DNA from: a virus | Virus record (IMG/VR): IMGVR_UViG_3300029319_007985 | Location: 108,390-172,389 of that record | DNA length: 64,000 nt | Strand: one strand, 5' to 3' | Shown here: positions 37,089 through 46,823 of the stretch, one piece after another | Layout: every line of letters begins with the position of its first letter | Position numbering within the stretch: the first letter of the stretch is position 1 | Program-made: the position numbers and the translations under genes | The notes under the pieces: generated by a model | Database searches by the model: none | What the model saw: the letters and a program-made list of their open reading frames with translations, nothing else | What the model was told of the DNA's origin: nothing

Positions 37089-38987
37089 ATGCACAATATA
37101 GTTTTAGTACAGACACACGACTTGATTGTAAATCGCTACTTGCCACTTGCTGTAAGCAATATTTGGCTCTATGCTCAAAAGAGTGAAAAAGTAAAACAGA
37201 ATTATTGTGTCCGTGATGTGGTTATTGATAAAGTGGATACAGAAAAATATGTCGCAGACATGGAGTTTACACCAGATATATTTGCATTCAGCGTGTATGT
37301 TTGGAACTGGAAACACACAAAAGAATTTGCGCAGTCAATAAAGAAACGTTTTCCCGCCTGTAAAATAATAGTGGGAGGACCGCAGATTCCAAAAAACGAT
37401 AAAGATTTTTTTAAAGTTAATCATTTCTTTGATATTGCAGTGCTTGGCGAAGGTGAGATAGCATTCAGGCATATATTAGAAAATCACTGCGAACCTTTAG
37501 AGCATCCAAATGTTTTCTATAAAGGCATGCCATTGCCAAACAGCATAGACAGGGTAGAGAAACTAGATGACATTCCATCTCCTATACTTTCTGGATTCTA
37601 TGATGGCATAATTGAAAAATATAATAAGAAATATAAAGATGTAAAATGGGGTGTGATTTATGAAACTATGCGAGGCTGTCCGTACCATTGTGCGTTTTGT
37701 GATATTGGTGATTCATACTACAACAAAGCCAAGCAGTTTCACATTTCAAGAGTTTACAAAGAAATAGACTGGATGAGTAAAAACAAGATAGAGTACGTTT
37801 CAGTGGCAGACTCGAACTGGGGCATATTTGAACGCGACCTTGATATATCCAAATATGTGATATACAATAAATTGACTCATGGTTACCCCAAGCATTGGGA
37901 CGTCTCATTTGCCAAGAACAATTACGAAAGAGTATTCAAGATAGCACTCCACGACAAACTGAAGGACAGTAAAATTTTCAAGGGTGTAACATTTGCATAT
38001 CAGAGCACCGACGTTGATGTGTTGAAGGCTATTGACCGATTCAACATAGATGCCAAAAAATCCAAAGAGATGATGGACAAGTTTGCTAAAAATGAGATAG
38101 CCATGTATTCTGAACTTGTGTTCCCACTACCAATGGATACAATAGACACGTTGAAAAACAGCATAGAAGATGTGATCAAGTACGGACAGAAAGGTTTCCT
38201 AATGGTCCACCCCACAGCAGTAACACCAAACGCCAGTTTAAACAATAAAGAAACTAAAGAAAAACATGGGATAAATGTTAGGACCATAGGGGTAGACACA
38301 TTTGGTATAATCAGTGACAATGGAAAAGACTATGATGATAATCATGAAATGATAGTGTCAACAAACACTCTATCGGAATCCGAACATGTTGTCGCGTACT
38401 GTTTTGCATGGGCGATGATAACCATGTACTACTACGGTTGGGCACATCATATAATCGAATATCTGGTGAAGAAGACACAAAAAAAATATACGGAAATTGT
38501 GCAAGATATCATAGACCATGCGTTGAAAGACAAAAACAATATCTTCTACAAAGAATATATGGAGACAAAAAAACACATTACAAAAGTTTTGAAAAATAAA
38601 ACCGGATGGAATAGAGATACATTTAAGGATGGCAATCTAATGCTAGAGCCAAAGGCCGCTAGTTCATCAATTTTTCTAAGTGAAAAACAAGATCTCTTCA
38701 ACTTTCTTGAGTCATTCCTTATAGATTTTGGTATTCCTGAAACAACCACTAAACAATTAATAACTTTTAGTGAAAATGCTTGTTTTGATTTTAGGAAAAC
38801 TTACCCAATAAAACAAAAATTTGAAAGTCAGTTGTTAAAAGATCTGTGTGGTTTACAAACAGATGTTGTTATATTTGACCATTATGATATGGAGACAGAA
38901 TTTACCATGGAAGAATTTTGTAGAAAAGCATATCATTGGCAGAGAAAAAACACATATTGGAAGTGTGCCATCACAAAAAGTCAATAA
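37089..38987 (+). CDS. Cobalamin-binding radical SAM protein (class B methyltransferase-like)
   Basis: FSVYVWN, VGGPQ, GEGE, RGCPYHCAFC and ADSNWG. Confidence 0.88.
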   Translation: MHNIVLVQTHDLIVNRYLPLAVSNIWLYAQKSEKVKQNYCVRDVVIDKVDTEKYVADMEFTPDIFAFSVYVWNWKHTKEFAQSIKKRFPACKIIVGGPQIPKNDKDFFKVNHFFDIAVLGEGEIAFRHILENHCEPLEHPNVFYKGMPLPNSIDRVEKLDDIPSPILSGFYDGIIEKYNKKYKDVKWGVIYETMRGCPYHCAFCDIGDSYYNKAKQFHISRVYKEIDWMSKNKIEYVSVADSNWGIFERDLDISKYVIYNKLTHGYPKHWDVSFAKNNYERVFKIALHDKLKDSKIFKGVTFAYQSTDVDVLKAIDRFNIDAKKSKEMMDKFAKNEIAMYSELVFPLPMDTIDTLKNSIEDVIKYGQKGFLMVHPTAVTPNASLNNKETKEKHGINVRTIGVDTFGIISDNGKDYDDNHEMIVSTNTLSESEHVVAYCFAWAMITMYYYGWAHHIIEYLVKKTQKKYTEIVQDIIDHALKDKNNIFYKEYMETKKHITKVLKNKTGWNRDTFKDGNLMLEPKAASSSIFLSEKQDLFNFLESFLIDFGIPETTTKQLITFSENACFDFRKTYPIKQKFESQLLKDLCGLQTDVVIFDHYDMETEFTMEEFCRKAYHWQRKNTYWKCAITKSQ

Positions 38988-39017
38988 AATAGCGATTTTT
39001 TATCCACAATTACCAGG

Positions 39018-39045
39018 TTGACGTATAACACATTTCTGCTATAAT
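39018..39045 (+). promoter_or_regulatory. sigma70-type promoter TTGACG-16-TATAAT (extended TG)
   Basis: Direct match; AGGAG RBS at 39066. Confidence 0.65.
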
Positions 39046-39078
39046 GGTATTATAAACATTTTAACAGGAGTGTACAAA

Positions 39079-40185
39079 ATGCCAAGAAACAAAAAAAATA
39101 CAGAACAAGCAGTTGGTTCTCAAAATAGAACTGTTACGCCAAACGAGGCTAAAAATGCATTAACACATTGTATTCAATTACAAAGACCAATAATGATGTG
39201 GGGAGCACCAGGTATTGGTAAATCAGACATTGTTAAACAGATTGCAGAAACACAAAACCGAGAAGTTATTGATATAAGACTTCCGCTATGGGAACCCACT
39301 GACATCAAGGGTATTCCTTACTATAATTCAAAAGACAACAACATGGTTTGGGCAAGTCCGGCCGAACTACCTACTGATGAGAAATCTACAGCGATAGTAT
39401 TCTTAGACGAATTAAATTCGGCGGCACCTGCGGTACAGGCGGCGGCATATCAGTTAATACTAAACAGAAGAGTAGGACAATATGTACTTCCGGCCGGGGT
39501 AGCAATAGTTGCCGCTGGTAATAGAGAAAGTGACAAAGGAGTCACTTACAGAATGCCTGCTCCGCTGGCAAACAGATTTGTACACATTGAACTTAGAGTA
39601 GATTATGAGGACTGGTTGCAATGGGCAACTAATCATAAAATTCATGCAGATGTAGTAGGATATTGCACATTTGCAAAACAGGATCTATACGACTTTGACC
39701 CAAGAGGATCAAGTAGATCTTTTGCGACTCCAAGATCATGGAGTTTTGTTTCTCAACTTCTATCAGATGACCTGCCAGAAAGTACGCTCACTGACCTCGT
39801 AGCAGGTTGCGTAGGAGAGGGATTGGCCGTTAAGTTTATGAATCATCGTAAAATTAGCGGTCAACTTCCAAACCCATCTGACATACTGAGCGGTAAAGTT
39901 AAAGACCTAAAGACGAAAGAAATATCAGCAATGTATTCTTTGACTGTTTCTCTGTGCTACGAACTACAACAGGCACACGAAAAGAAAACAAAGAATTGGA
40001 ACGAACAGGCAGATAGATTCTTCCACTACATGATGGACAACTTTGAAACTGAGTTGGTTGTTATGGGTGCGAAGATAGCCTTAACAAATTACAAACTTCC
40101 GTTCGATCCTAGCAAGTTAAAATCATTTGATAGGTTCCATAAGAAGTTTGGCAAATATGTCATAACTGCTATGGAGTCTAAATAA
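39079..40185 (+). CDS. MoxR-like AAA+ ATPase
   Basis: GAPGIGKS, FLDE, AAGN, LANRF and TPRSW; start reassigned to ATG 39079. Confidence 0.9.
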   Translation: MPRNKKNTEQAVGSQNRTVTPNEAKNALTHCIQLQRPIMMWGAPGIGKSDIVKQIAETQNREVIDIRLPLWEPTDIKGIPYYNSKDNNMVWASPAELPTDEKSTAIVFLDELNSAAPAVQAAAYQLILNRRVGQYVLPAGVAIVAAGNRESDKGVTYRMPAPLANRFVHIELRVDYEDWLQWATNHKIHADVVGYCTFAKQDLYDFDPRGSSRSFATPRSWSFVSQLLSDDLPESTLTDLVAGCVGEGLAVKFMNHRKISGQLPNPSDILSGKVKDLKTKEISAMYSLTVSLCYELQQAHEKKTKNWNEQADRFFHYMMDNFETELVVMGAKIALTNYKLPFDPSKLKSFDRFHKKFGKYVITAMESK

Positions 40186-41411
40186 TGTCTGATCAACCAA
40201 TCATAGACAAATTAGTCACAGCAAGGATAGGTCTACTACTAAAACATCCTTTTTTTGGCAACCTTGCAACTAGGTTAAAATTAGTCAATGCTGACGACTG
40301 GTGTCCTACAGCGGCCACTGATGGTAGACACTTCTTTTACAACACAAAGTTTATTGATTCACTTACTCCAAAAGAATCAGAATTTTTATTTGGACACGAA
40401 GTCCTACACAATGTTTTTGAACATATGCTTTTAAGGATCGGGGACAGAGATCCAATGCTATGGAACATTGCGGCCGATTATGCAGTAAATCAAATTTTAG
40501 TTGATGGACAAATTGGTGAGATGCCAAAGGACGGAAAAGGCAAAGATAAAGGATTTCAGGACGACAAATATAAGGATTGGAACGCCGAAAGAATTTATGA
40601 CGACATTTATAAGCAGGCCAAAAAGAACGGAAAAAAAATGTTAGACAAAATGGGAGAACTTATTGACGATCACCAGGAATGGGGCAAAGATGGAGCCAAC
40701 GGTAATGAAAAACAAAAAGGAAAGAAAGCGACTGGTAGACCTGTTTACAGCAAAGAAGAGTTGAAAAAAATTAAGGACGAAATAAAAGAAGCAATGGTAA
40801 GTGCGGCACAGTCAACTGGTGCTGGTAGTCTTCCTGGTGCGATTCAGAGAATGATAAAGGATCTCCTAGAGCCTAAAATGGACTGGAGAGAAATATTACA
40901 ACAACAGATAATGAGCACGATCAAGAGCGACTACACTTGGATGAGGCCAAGTAGAAAGAGTTGGCATACTTCTGCTGTACTACCAGGACAAAACAACGAT
41001 GAAATGATTGATATTTGTTTAGCCTTAGACGCCTCTGGATCAATAACTGATCATCAATGTAAGATATTTTTATCAGAAGTCAAAAGCATAATGGACCAGT
41101 ACAAAGACTTTAGAATACACCTTTGGAGTTTTGATACCGATGTATTCAATGCAAAAATATTTACTCCAGACAATGCCGATGAATTACTTGAATACAAACT
41201 TGGCAATGGAGGAGGAACCGAATTTGAATGCAATTGGGAGTATATGAAGAACAATGGCATAGAGCCTAAAAAATTTGTGATGTTCACAGACGGTTGGCCT
41301 TTCGATAGTTGGGGCGACCCGCACTATTGCGATACAATATTCCTAATAAACAATCCGTATGAAAGAAACATAAAAGCACCGTTTGGAATGACAGTCACAT
41401 ATGAGGATTAA
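40185..41411 (+). CDS. Metallopeptidase-like (HEXXH) plus vWA domain protein (DUF2201 type)
   Basis: TAATDG, HEVLH, DASGS, GGGT and FTDG. Confidence 0.88.
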   Translation: MSDQPIIDKLVTARIGLLLKHPFFGNLATRLKLVNADDWCPTAATDGRHFFYNTKFIDSLTPKESEFLFGHEVLHNVFEHMLLRIGDRDPMLWNIAADYAVNQILVDGQIGEMPKDGKGKDKGFQDDKYKDWNAERIYDDIYKQAKKNGKKMLDKMGELIDDHQEWGKDGANGNEKQKGKKATGRPVYSKEELKKIKDEIKEAMVSAAQSTGAGSLPGAIQRMIKDLLEPKMDWREILQQQIMSTIKSDYTWMRPSRKSWHTSAVLPGQNNDEMIDICLALDASGSITDHQCKIFLSEVKSIMDQYKDFRIHLWSFDTDVFNAKIFTPDNADELLEYKLGNGGGTEFECNWEYMKNNGIEPKKFVMFTDGWPFDSWGDPHYCDTIFLINNPYERNIKAPFGMTVTYED

Positions 41412-41661
41412 TAGTAAAAACTTTTTCGACAGGAAACTTGAAAATGTGCCACCGCACTTTACCAAATTTTCCAAATGGTTTAGTGATTATGAATTACTAA
41501 ATGTTGATCGTTGGATACATGAAAATTGTGCTGGGAGATACTGTTTGGTCAAAACGGTAGAATGGGATAGGAATGCCTGGAGGGCCATGACAACAGTTGG
41601 TTTCGAGGAACCTGGCGACATGACATTGTTCGCATTAAGCGGTCTAGCAACTAAAAAATAA
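41401..41661 (+). CDS. Hypothetical phage protein
   Basis: WIHENCAGRY...GFEEPGDMTLF motif. Confidence 0.55.
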   Translation: MRINSKNFFDRKLENVPPHFTKFSKWFSDYELLNVDRWIHENCAGRYCLVKTVEWDRNAWRAMTTVGFEEPGDMTLFALSGLATKK

Positions 41662-41697
41662 TTACCAAATTACATCCACTTATTGTCTACCAAAAGA

Positions 41698-41726
41698 TTG
41701 ACTCTGCTAATTAAGTTTAGTATAAT
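41698..41726 (+). promoter_or_regulatory. sigma70-type promoter TTGACT-17-TATAAT
   Basis: Direct match, followed by AAGGAG RBS. Confidence 0.65.
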
Positions 41727-41749
41727 TGTTTATAAGGAGAACAAATTTA

Positions 41750-42031
41750 ATGAATACTAAAACTAAAAAAGAAGCAGATGTAAAAATGGAACAACCTACT
41801 ACATCGGCACCACAGCAACCGGCAGGAAATGACTTGTCTATTGCTGACCTAAAAAACTTAGCAACAATTATAGATGTAGCATCAACTCGTGGAGCATTTA
41901 GAGCCAACGAAATGGCAACAGTTGGAGCCATGTATAATAAACTTCAAGCATTCTTGGTTAAGGTGACACCACCTCAAGCGCCTGCTGGAGACTTAACATC
42001 AGCGGCCGCACCAGCGACTGCTAAAAAATAA
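41750..42031 (+). CDS. Hypothetical phage protein
   Basis: IIDVASTRGAFRANEM motif; start reassigned to 41750. Confidence 0.6.
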   Translation: MNTKTKKEADVKMEQPTTSAPQQPAGNDLSIADLKNLATIIDVASTRGAFRANEMATVGAMYNKLQAFLVKVTPPQAPAGDLTSAAAPATAKK

Positions 42032-42040
42032 GGAGAACAC

Positions 42041-42547
42041 ATGGTACAACAAATGATGCCAATGGACATAGAAGGATCAAATAAAGTAGTAGAAGGCAAT
42101 AGGAAAAAATTTAAACACATAGGTAGACTAAAAGACAGTGGCGCCAATGTGGCAATTATTTTTAGAACAGTGCCTGATGAACCTAATCATTGTTTAGTAA
42201 TAGGTCCAAAATTTTTAGATGATACTAATCATAATGCTTTCATGAAAGCACTTGAATCTCAAGAAGGACAAGCATCGTTTGAATTAGGTACCTATCTAAA
42301 TAGAACTGTTTTTCCTGATGGCACAAACATGTTAGCCTTTTTACACCAAGGAAACTATATCAAAAAAATGCTTACAAAAAATGTTGTTGTGACAATGGGG
42401 TCAGGCAACGATGGTGAAGTTTCACTTGATGAGTTGAATAAACTTATTGCAAAAGAACGTGGTGTAAAAGTTTCAGAATTAGCAGTGCAAGATCCAACAC
42501 CTAACCAGACTGCTGATGCCACAAAAAAGAAAACAACCAAAAAATAA
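42041..42547 (+). CDS. Hypothetical phage protein
   Basis: KHIGR...FRTVPDE motif; RBS present. Confidence 0.6.
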   Translation: MVQQMMPMDIEGSNKVVEGNRKKFKHIGRLKDSGANVAIIFRTVPDEPNHCLVIGPKFLDDTNHNAFMKALESQEGQASFELGTYLNRTVFPDGTNMLAFLHQGNYIKKMLTKNVVVTMGSGNDGEVSLDELNKLIAKERGVKVSELAVQDPTPNQTADATKKKTTKK

Positions 42548-42863
42548 ACAAAGTTGGGTACAACTAGCACAAAATTTTGTTGATCAATGGCCCGAAGTGC
42601 TTGAAGGCATTGAACTAACCAACATGCCTATCCACTACGTGGATAGTGTGGCCATTATTTTAAAAAACCACATAACAATTACTGTAGATATTAAATCTTG
42701 CTTGAAAAAAATGGGCAAGAAACAAACGGCCGCTATGTTAAAAACTTACATTACGAAACATTATAGTAAAATTAAAAACGTTGATCTTAAATTTAATGTA
42801 GGAAGATTGAAAACTGACATGACAAGTAAAACTGCATCAATATTGAACAAAACTTTTAAATGA
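42516..42863 (+). CDS. Hypothetical phage protein
   Basis: QWPEVL...MPIHYV motif. Confidence 0.55.
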   Translation: MPQKRKQPKNKQSWVQLAQNFVDQWPEVLEGIELTNMPIHYVDSVAIILKNHITITVDIKSCLKKMGKKQTAAMLKTYITKHYSKIKNVDLKFNVGRLKTDMTSKTASILNKTFK

Positions 42864-43501
42864 TAGATTTCACACAAAAATTTTTAATTTTGACAGCACA
42901 TCCAGATGACTTGGAAATGTCTTGCGCAGGTACCGTCAAAAAAATCCATGCGAAAGGCGGCAGTGTAACCAACCTAATAATGGTTAGGCCAAATGTTGAT
43001 GTGAGACCAAATCGAAGTAAGGACAAAGTTTTAGACGAACTAAAGAATAGTTCAAAAATATTAGGACAAAAAGTAGATATCCATGATACACAAATATTTG
43101 AAAATGGGCGGCCTAACCTACAACTTACCAACAACTTGATTACCAAACTAGAAAATAAATTTAAAAACTTTGACGTTATTATTAGTCACTGGCACGAAGA
43201 CTATCATCAAGATCACAAAACTTGTTTTAACATAGCACAGATTTTGGCAAGGAAAAACTTCAAACAGTTTTTATGTTTTGATCAACCTACTTACAACCGT
43301 TTCTATAGTAATTTTAACAAAAACATGTATGTAGATATTACTGACTACGTAGATGATAAAAGACAGGCACTAATGTGTTACGATACCTATTTTACAGATG
43401 CCGATATTGATGCCATACTAGCATACAACAAATATAACGGATCATTTTTAGGACCTAATAAATTTGCAGAAACTTTTAATATGAGGTACTCGAAAATATG
43501 A
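42860..43501 (+). CDS. PIG-L/LmbE family N-deacetylase
   Basis: AHPDDLE and HQDH. Confidence 0.85.
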   Translation: MIDFTQKFLILTAHPDDLEMSCAGTVKKIHAKGGSVTNLIMVRPNVDVRPNRSKDKVLDELKNSSKILGQKVDIHDTQIFENGRPNLQLTNNLITKLENKFKNFDVIISHWHEDYHQDHKTCFNIAQILARKNFKQFLCFDQPTYNRFYSNFNKNMYVDITDYVDDKRQALMCYDTYFTDADIDAILAYNKYNGSFLGPNKFAETFNMRYSKI

Positions 43502-44499
43502 AGATTTTAATTTTAGGCGGTTACGGATTTATTGGCAGTGCTATAAGCAGTCAATTAATTAAGCAAGGACACCAAGTTGGTGTAGTTGACTGTTTTCATC
43601 AGTATTATACTTTTCCAAATTGGGAATATGGACCTGTGTTGGCGCAGAGAAAAGCCATGGCAAATCCAACCAAAGATTACATTGGTAAGATTGAAGATGT
43701 TAGTTTTATGGAAAATGTTTTTGATGATTTTAAGCCACAGAGAGTTATACACGTTGCCACGTATCCAAATGCCAAAATGATACCGAGGAATGTTACAGAT
43801 GCTACAACAAACATGGTTACTGCAACCGCTTATGTGTTAGACCTTTGTGTAAAACATAAAGTTGAAAAGATAGTTTTTGCAAGTAGTAGCATGGTGTATG
43901 GTGAATTCAATAATCAAGTTCCAGACGAAACTGTAACCCCAAATCCAAATACTTTATATGGATCATATAAAAAACAAGGTGAAATGATGTGTAAAATTTG
44001 GCATCGAGAAAAAGGACTTAACTACGTAATTCTTAGGCCAAGTGCGGTATATGGAACAGTGGACATGATCACACGGGTAGTGTCACAACTTACTAAAAGC
44101 AATCTCACAACAGGAAAAATGATCGTGCAAGGTCCGGAAAATAAACTTGATTTTAGTAACGTGAAAGATGTGGCAACTTATTTTTGTCGAGCCACAACCA
44201 GTGAAGTAATTAATCAAACATTTAACATAACCAGAGGCAACGGCAGAAAACTTATCGAAGCCGCTGAAATAATCAAAGAAAGATTAGGATATGGCGAAAT
44301 AGTGCTGAAGCCACATGATTCTTTCTATCCTAACAGGGACACTTTAAACAGCGACAAGGCAAAAACAATTTTTAATTTTGCACCTATTATTGATATCGAG
44401 CAGGGAATTCCAGATTACATTGATTGGTTTCTTGACCAACCTTTCTATCATGACAATTTAAATATTAATAAAAAGTTTCTTCTGGATACAACGATTTAA
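43498..44499 (+). CDS. NAD-dependent nucleotide-sugar epimerase/dehydratase
   Basis: GGYGFIG, ASSSMVYG and YGSYK. Confidence 0.85.
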   Translation: MKILILGGYGFIGSAISSQLIKQGHQVGVVDCFHQYYTFPNWEYGPVLAQRKAMANPTKDYIGKIEDVSFMENVFDDFKPQRVIHVATYPNAKMIPRNVTDATTNMVTATAYVLDLCVKHKVEKIVFASSSMVYGEFNNQVPDETVTPNPNTLYGSYKKQGEMMCKIWHREKGLNYVILRPSAVYGTVDMITRVVSQLTKSNLTTGKMIVQGPENKLDFSNVKDVATYFCRATTSEVINQTFNITRGNGRKLIEAAEIIKERLGYGEIVLKPHDSFYPNRDTLNSDKAKTIFNFAPIIDIEQGIPDYIDWFLDQPFYHDNLNINKKFLLDTTI

Positions 44500-45784
44500 A
44501 TTTTTTTCTACAAAAGTCCCAGGAATATGTTTGTTGTAACTGATCATAATTAAAATTTATCTGTTTTAAAAACTGCTCTGCATCTTTGGCGCCTTTTGCC
44601 AGCCATTGGTTTCTAGTGCTCTTCCATTTGTTAATCCTGTGTGATGTTTCCACTGTTGGAGTCTTACTATTCCAATAAATTAGTTTTGACACCTCTCTGA
44701 AGGCATTTTTCCATCCAGTGTATGCATCCGGGCAAAGTAATGGCTCGTTTGTAATCATGGGAACAACCTCATGCTTACTGTTCAAAGTAAAATCTAGGAC
44801 GTCATTTGGAGTGCTTATACACAATGTTCTATTGTAGAGGTTGATGTTAAATGTACCATACTCTAGATCAAGTTCTTTCAATCTAGCATGGAAAATATAA
44901 TGCCTTTTATTTTTTCCTCTATCCACTGTAAAATTAAATTTAAAACTATCAACTGGCACTGATTTGGCAAACACGGCGTAAAAATATTCAGTTTGTGATT
45001 CTTCAGCGGCTTTTTTGTATGCCTGACTTCTTCCAGCAACATTTTTTATCCAATAGAGTCTGTTGCCTAGTTTGTTCTTAGTAAGATGCTGTTGTAATTT
45101 TTCGTAAACATCGTTCTCAAATGGCTCGCCATTTGAAATGTACGCTATATCAAATTGGTCAATCTCCTTATTTTTTTCAACTTCTAAAATATTATTATAG
45201 TCATACACTTGATCTTTTAAGTGCCTGAGTGCCACGTAAGGAATAAAAAAAGTTTTACCTTTTATATAAATTTTTTCATCCTCCCAATAACTTATGTAAA
45301 AGTTTTCTTTTTCTAATTTTTCACTATATTGAAAATATTTTCCGCTAGGTTTGACCTCGTGATTTAGATCAAAGTTGTTTGAAAGATTGTAATTTTTAAG
45401 GTCATATGGGTAATCATAATAGCATTCTGATGTATGATAGTTCACGTGTTTAAAGTCTCTCAAAAATTTTGTGTCCTGAAGTAATAAATTTTTGTGGGCC
45501 AAGAAAGTATCTCCTTCCTTTTGTCCTTTGACCGCCCATGTGTGTAATTGATATTTCTGATGCTGTTCCGGAATATAATCAAAATCAAAATTGCTGTAGT
45601 CAATTAGACTCGATAAGATCCATGTGTATTCAGTTTTACTTGCGCCTACAAAATGCTTTACCATTTGATTGTAACTTTTTACAAATGGAGTGATTTCAAC
45701 ATATGGAAATATTTGTTTTATAGTTTCTATATGTTTTTTACTATTTGGATTTTTAAAATCTATGCAAATACAATCAAACGCCAT
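44465..45784 (-). CDS. Glycosyltransferase-like protein; C-terminal half paralogous to 57010..57897
   Basis: FDIAYIS..EP...AYKKAAEESQTEYFYAV...FREVSKL. Confidence 0.55.
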   Translation of the reverse strand: MAFDCICIDFKNPNSKKHIETIKQIFPYVEITPFVKSYNQMVKHFVGASKTEYTWILSSLIDYSNFDFDYIPEQHQKYQLHTWAVKGQKEGDTFLAHKNLLLQDTKFLRDFKHVNYHTSECYYDYPYDLKNYNLSNNFDLNHEVKPSGKYFQYSEKLEKENFYISYWEDEKIYIKGKTFFIPYVALRHLKDQVYDYNNILEVEKNKEIDQFDIAYISNGEPFENDVYEKLQQHLTKNKLGNRLYWIKNVAGRSQAYKKAAEESQTEYFYAVFAKSVPVDSFKFNFTVDRGKNKRHYIFHARLKELDLEYGTFNINLYNRTLCISTPNDVLDFTLNSKHEVVPMITNEPLLCPDAYTGWKNAFREVSKLIYWNSKTPTVETSHRINKWKSTRNQWLAKGAKDAEQFLKQINFNYDQLQQTYSWDFCRKKFKSLYPEETFY

Positions 45785-46823
45785 AAAAATAATTTATCCT
45801 ATCACAAATGTAGTCGACTTCTCTATCTTCTAAGAAAGGGTAAATTGGAAGGCTGACACATTGAGCCTGTATTAATTCTGCCATTGGATAGTGATTAGTC
45901 ATGTTGCTGTCTAACAAATATGCGTAATGTGTTCCTGTTTCAATTCCAGCGTTTGATAGAAAAGTTCTTAACTTATCTCGCTGATTTGATAACAACACAC
46001 ATTTATGGAAACTACTGAAAACACTACGTTCAACTTTGTGTAAAAATTGCAGTTTTGATAATCGTTTCTGATAACGTTTATATATTTTTTCACGCATTTT
46101 TTGGAACTTGTCAAACTTGTCTAATAAAAATAACATTTGGTTTGCATGGTCGTCACTTATAAAACTGTTATATCCATAGTCGAGATTGTCTCCTCCGTGT
46201 TTTCTAAGAGCAAGTACGTTTTCATAGATTTTAATACTGTCAGTCAGAACCATTCCGCCTGTGCCGAAGCAAGGCAAATTTTTTGATGGAGCAAAACTAT
46301 AAACACTGACGTTACCCAATTTTCCACTGGGCACTCCATGATACCAGGCTCCTTGTGACTGCGCGGCATCTTCAATTAAAGGAATGTTTCTATCATCACA
46401 AAACTTTCTTATACGATAGTAGTCAGCAGGATTGCCATATAGATGAACATAGATGACTGCATCGGCCTTAGTTATATTTTCCAATGATCCAATACTTCCA
46501 AATTTGTCAACATCTACATAAACTATATCTGCGCCTAATCTTTTGATTGCGCCTGATGTTGCCTTATAACTTAAAACTGGACACACCACTGTGCTTTTGC
46601 TATCAAGTCCTATCGAACGCATAGCAAAATATAAGCCATCAGTAGCACTTGCGACGCCAACACCAAATTTCCTACTGGCCCTACGTGCTACTTCAACTTC
46701 AAATTTTTTTGAGTACTGTCCTTCGAGGACTTTACCTGTGGTCCAGGCCTGTCTTGCTCTGTATGTCAGTCTCCAATTGTAGGCGTCATATAGCCTATCG
46801 ATACCGTTGAATTTTATTTGCAT
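45774..46823 (-). CDS. DegT/DnrJ/EryC1/StrS sugar aminotransferase
   Basis: VHLYG, IEDAAQSQG, SFAPSKNL and SLPIYP. Confidence 0.9.
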   Translation of the reverse strand: MQIKFNGIDRLYDAYNWRLTYRARQAWTTGKVLEGQYSKKFEVEVARRASRKFGVGVASATDGLYFAMRSIGLDSKSTVVCPVLSYKATSGAIKRLGADIVYVDVDKFGSIGSLENITKADAVIYVHLYGNPADYYRIRKFCDDRNIPLIEDAAQSQGAWYHGVPSGKLGNVSVYSFAPSKNLPCFGTGGMVLTDSIKIYENVLALRKHGGDNLDYGYNSFISDDHANQMLFLLDKFDKFQKMREKIYKRYQKRLSKLQFLHKVERSVFSSFHKCVLLSNQRDKLRTFLSNAGIETGTHYAYLLDSNMTNHYPMAELIQAQCVSLPIYPFLEDREVDYICDRINYFYGV

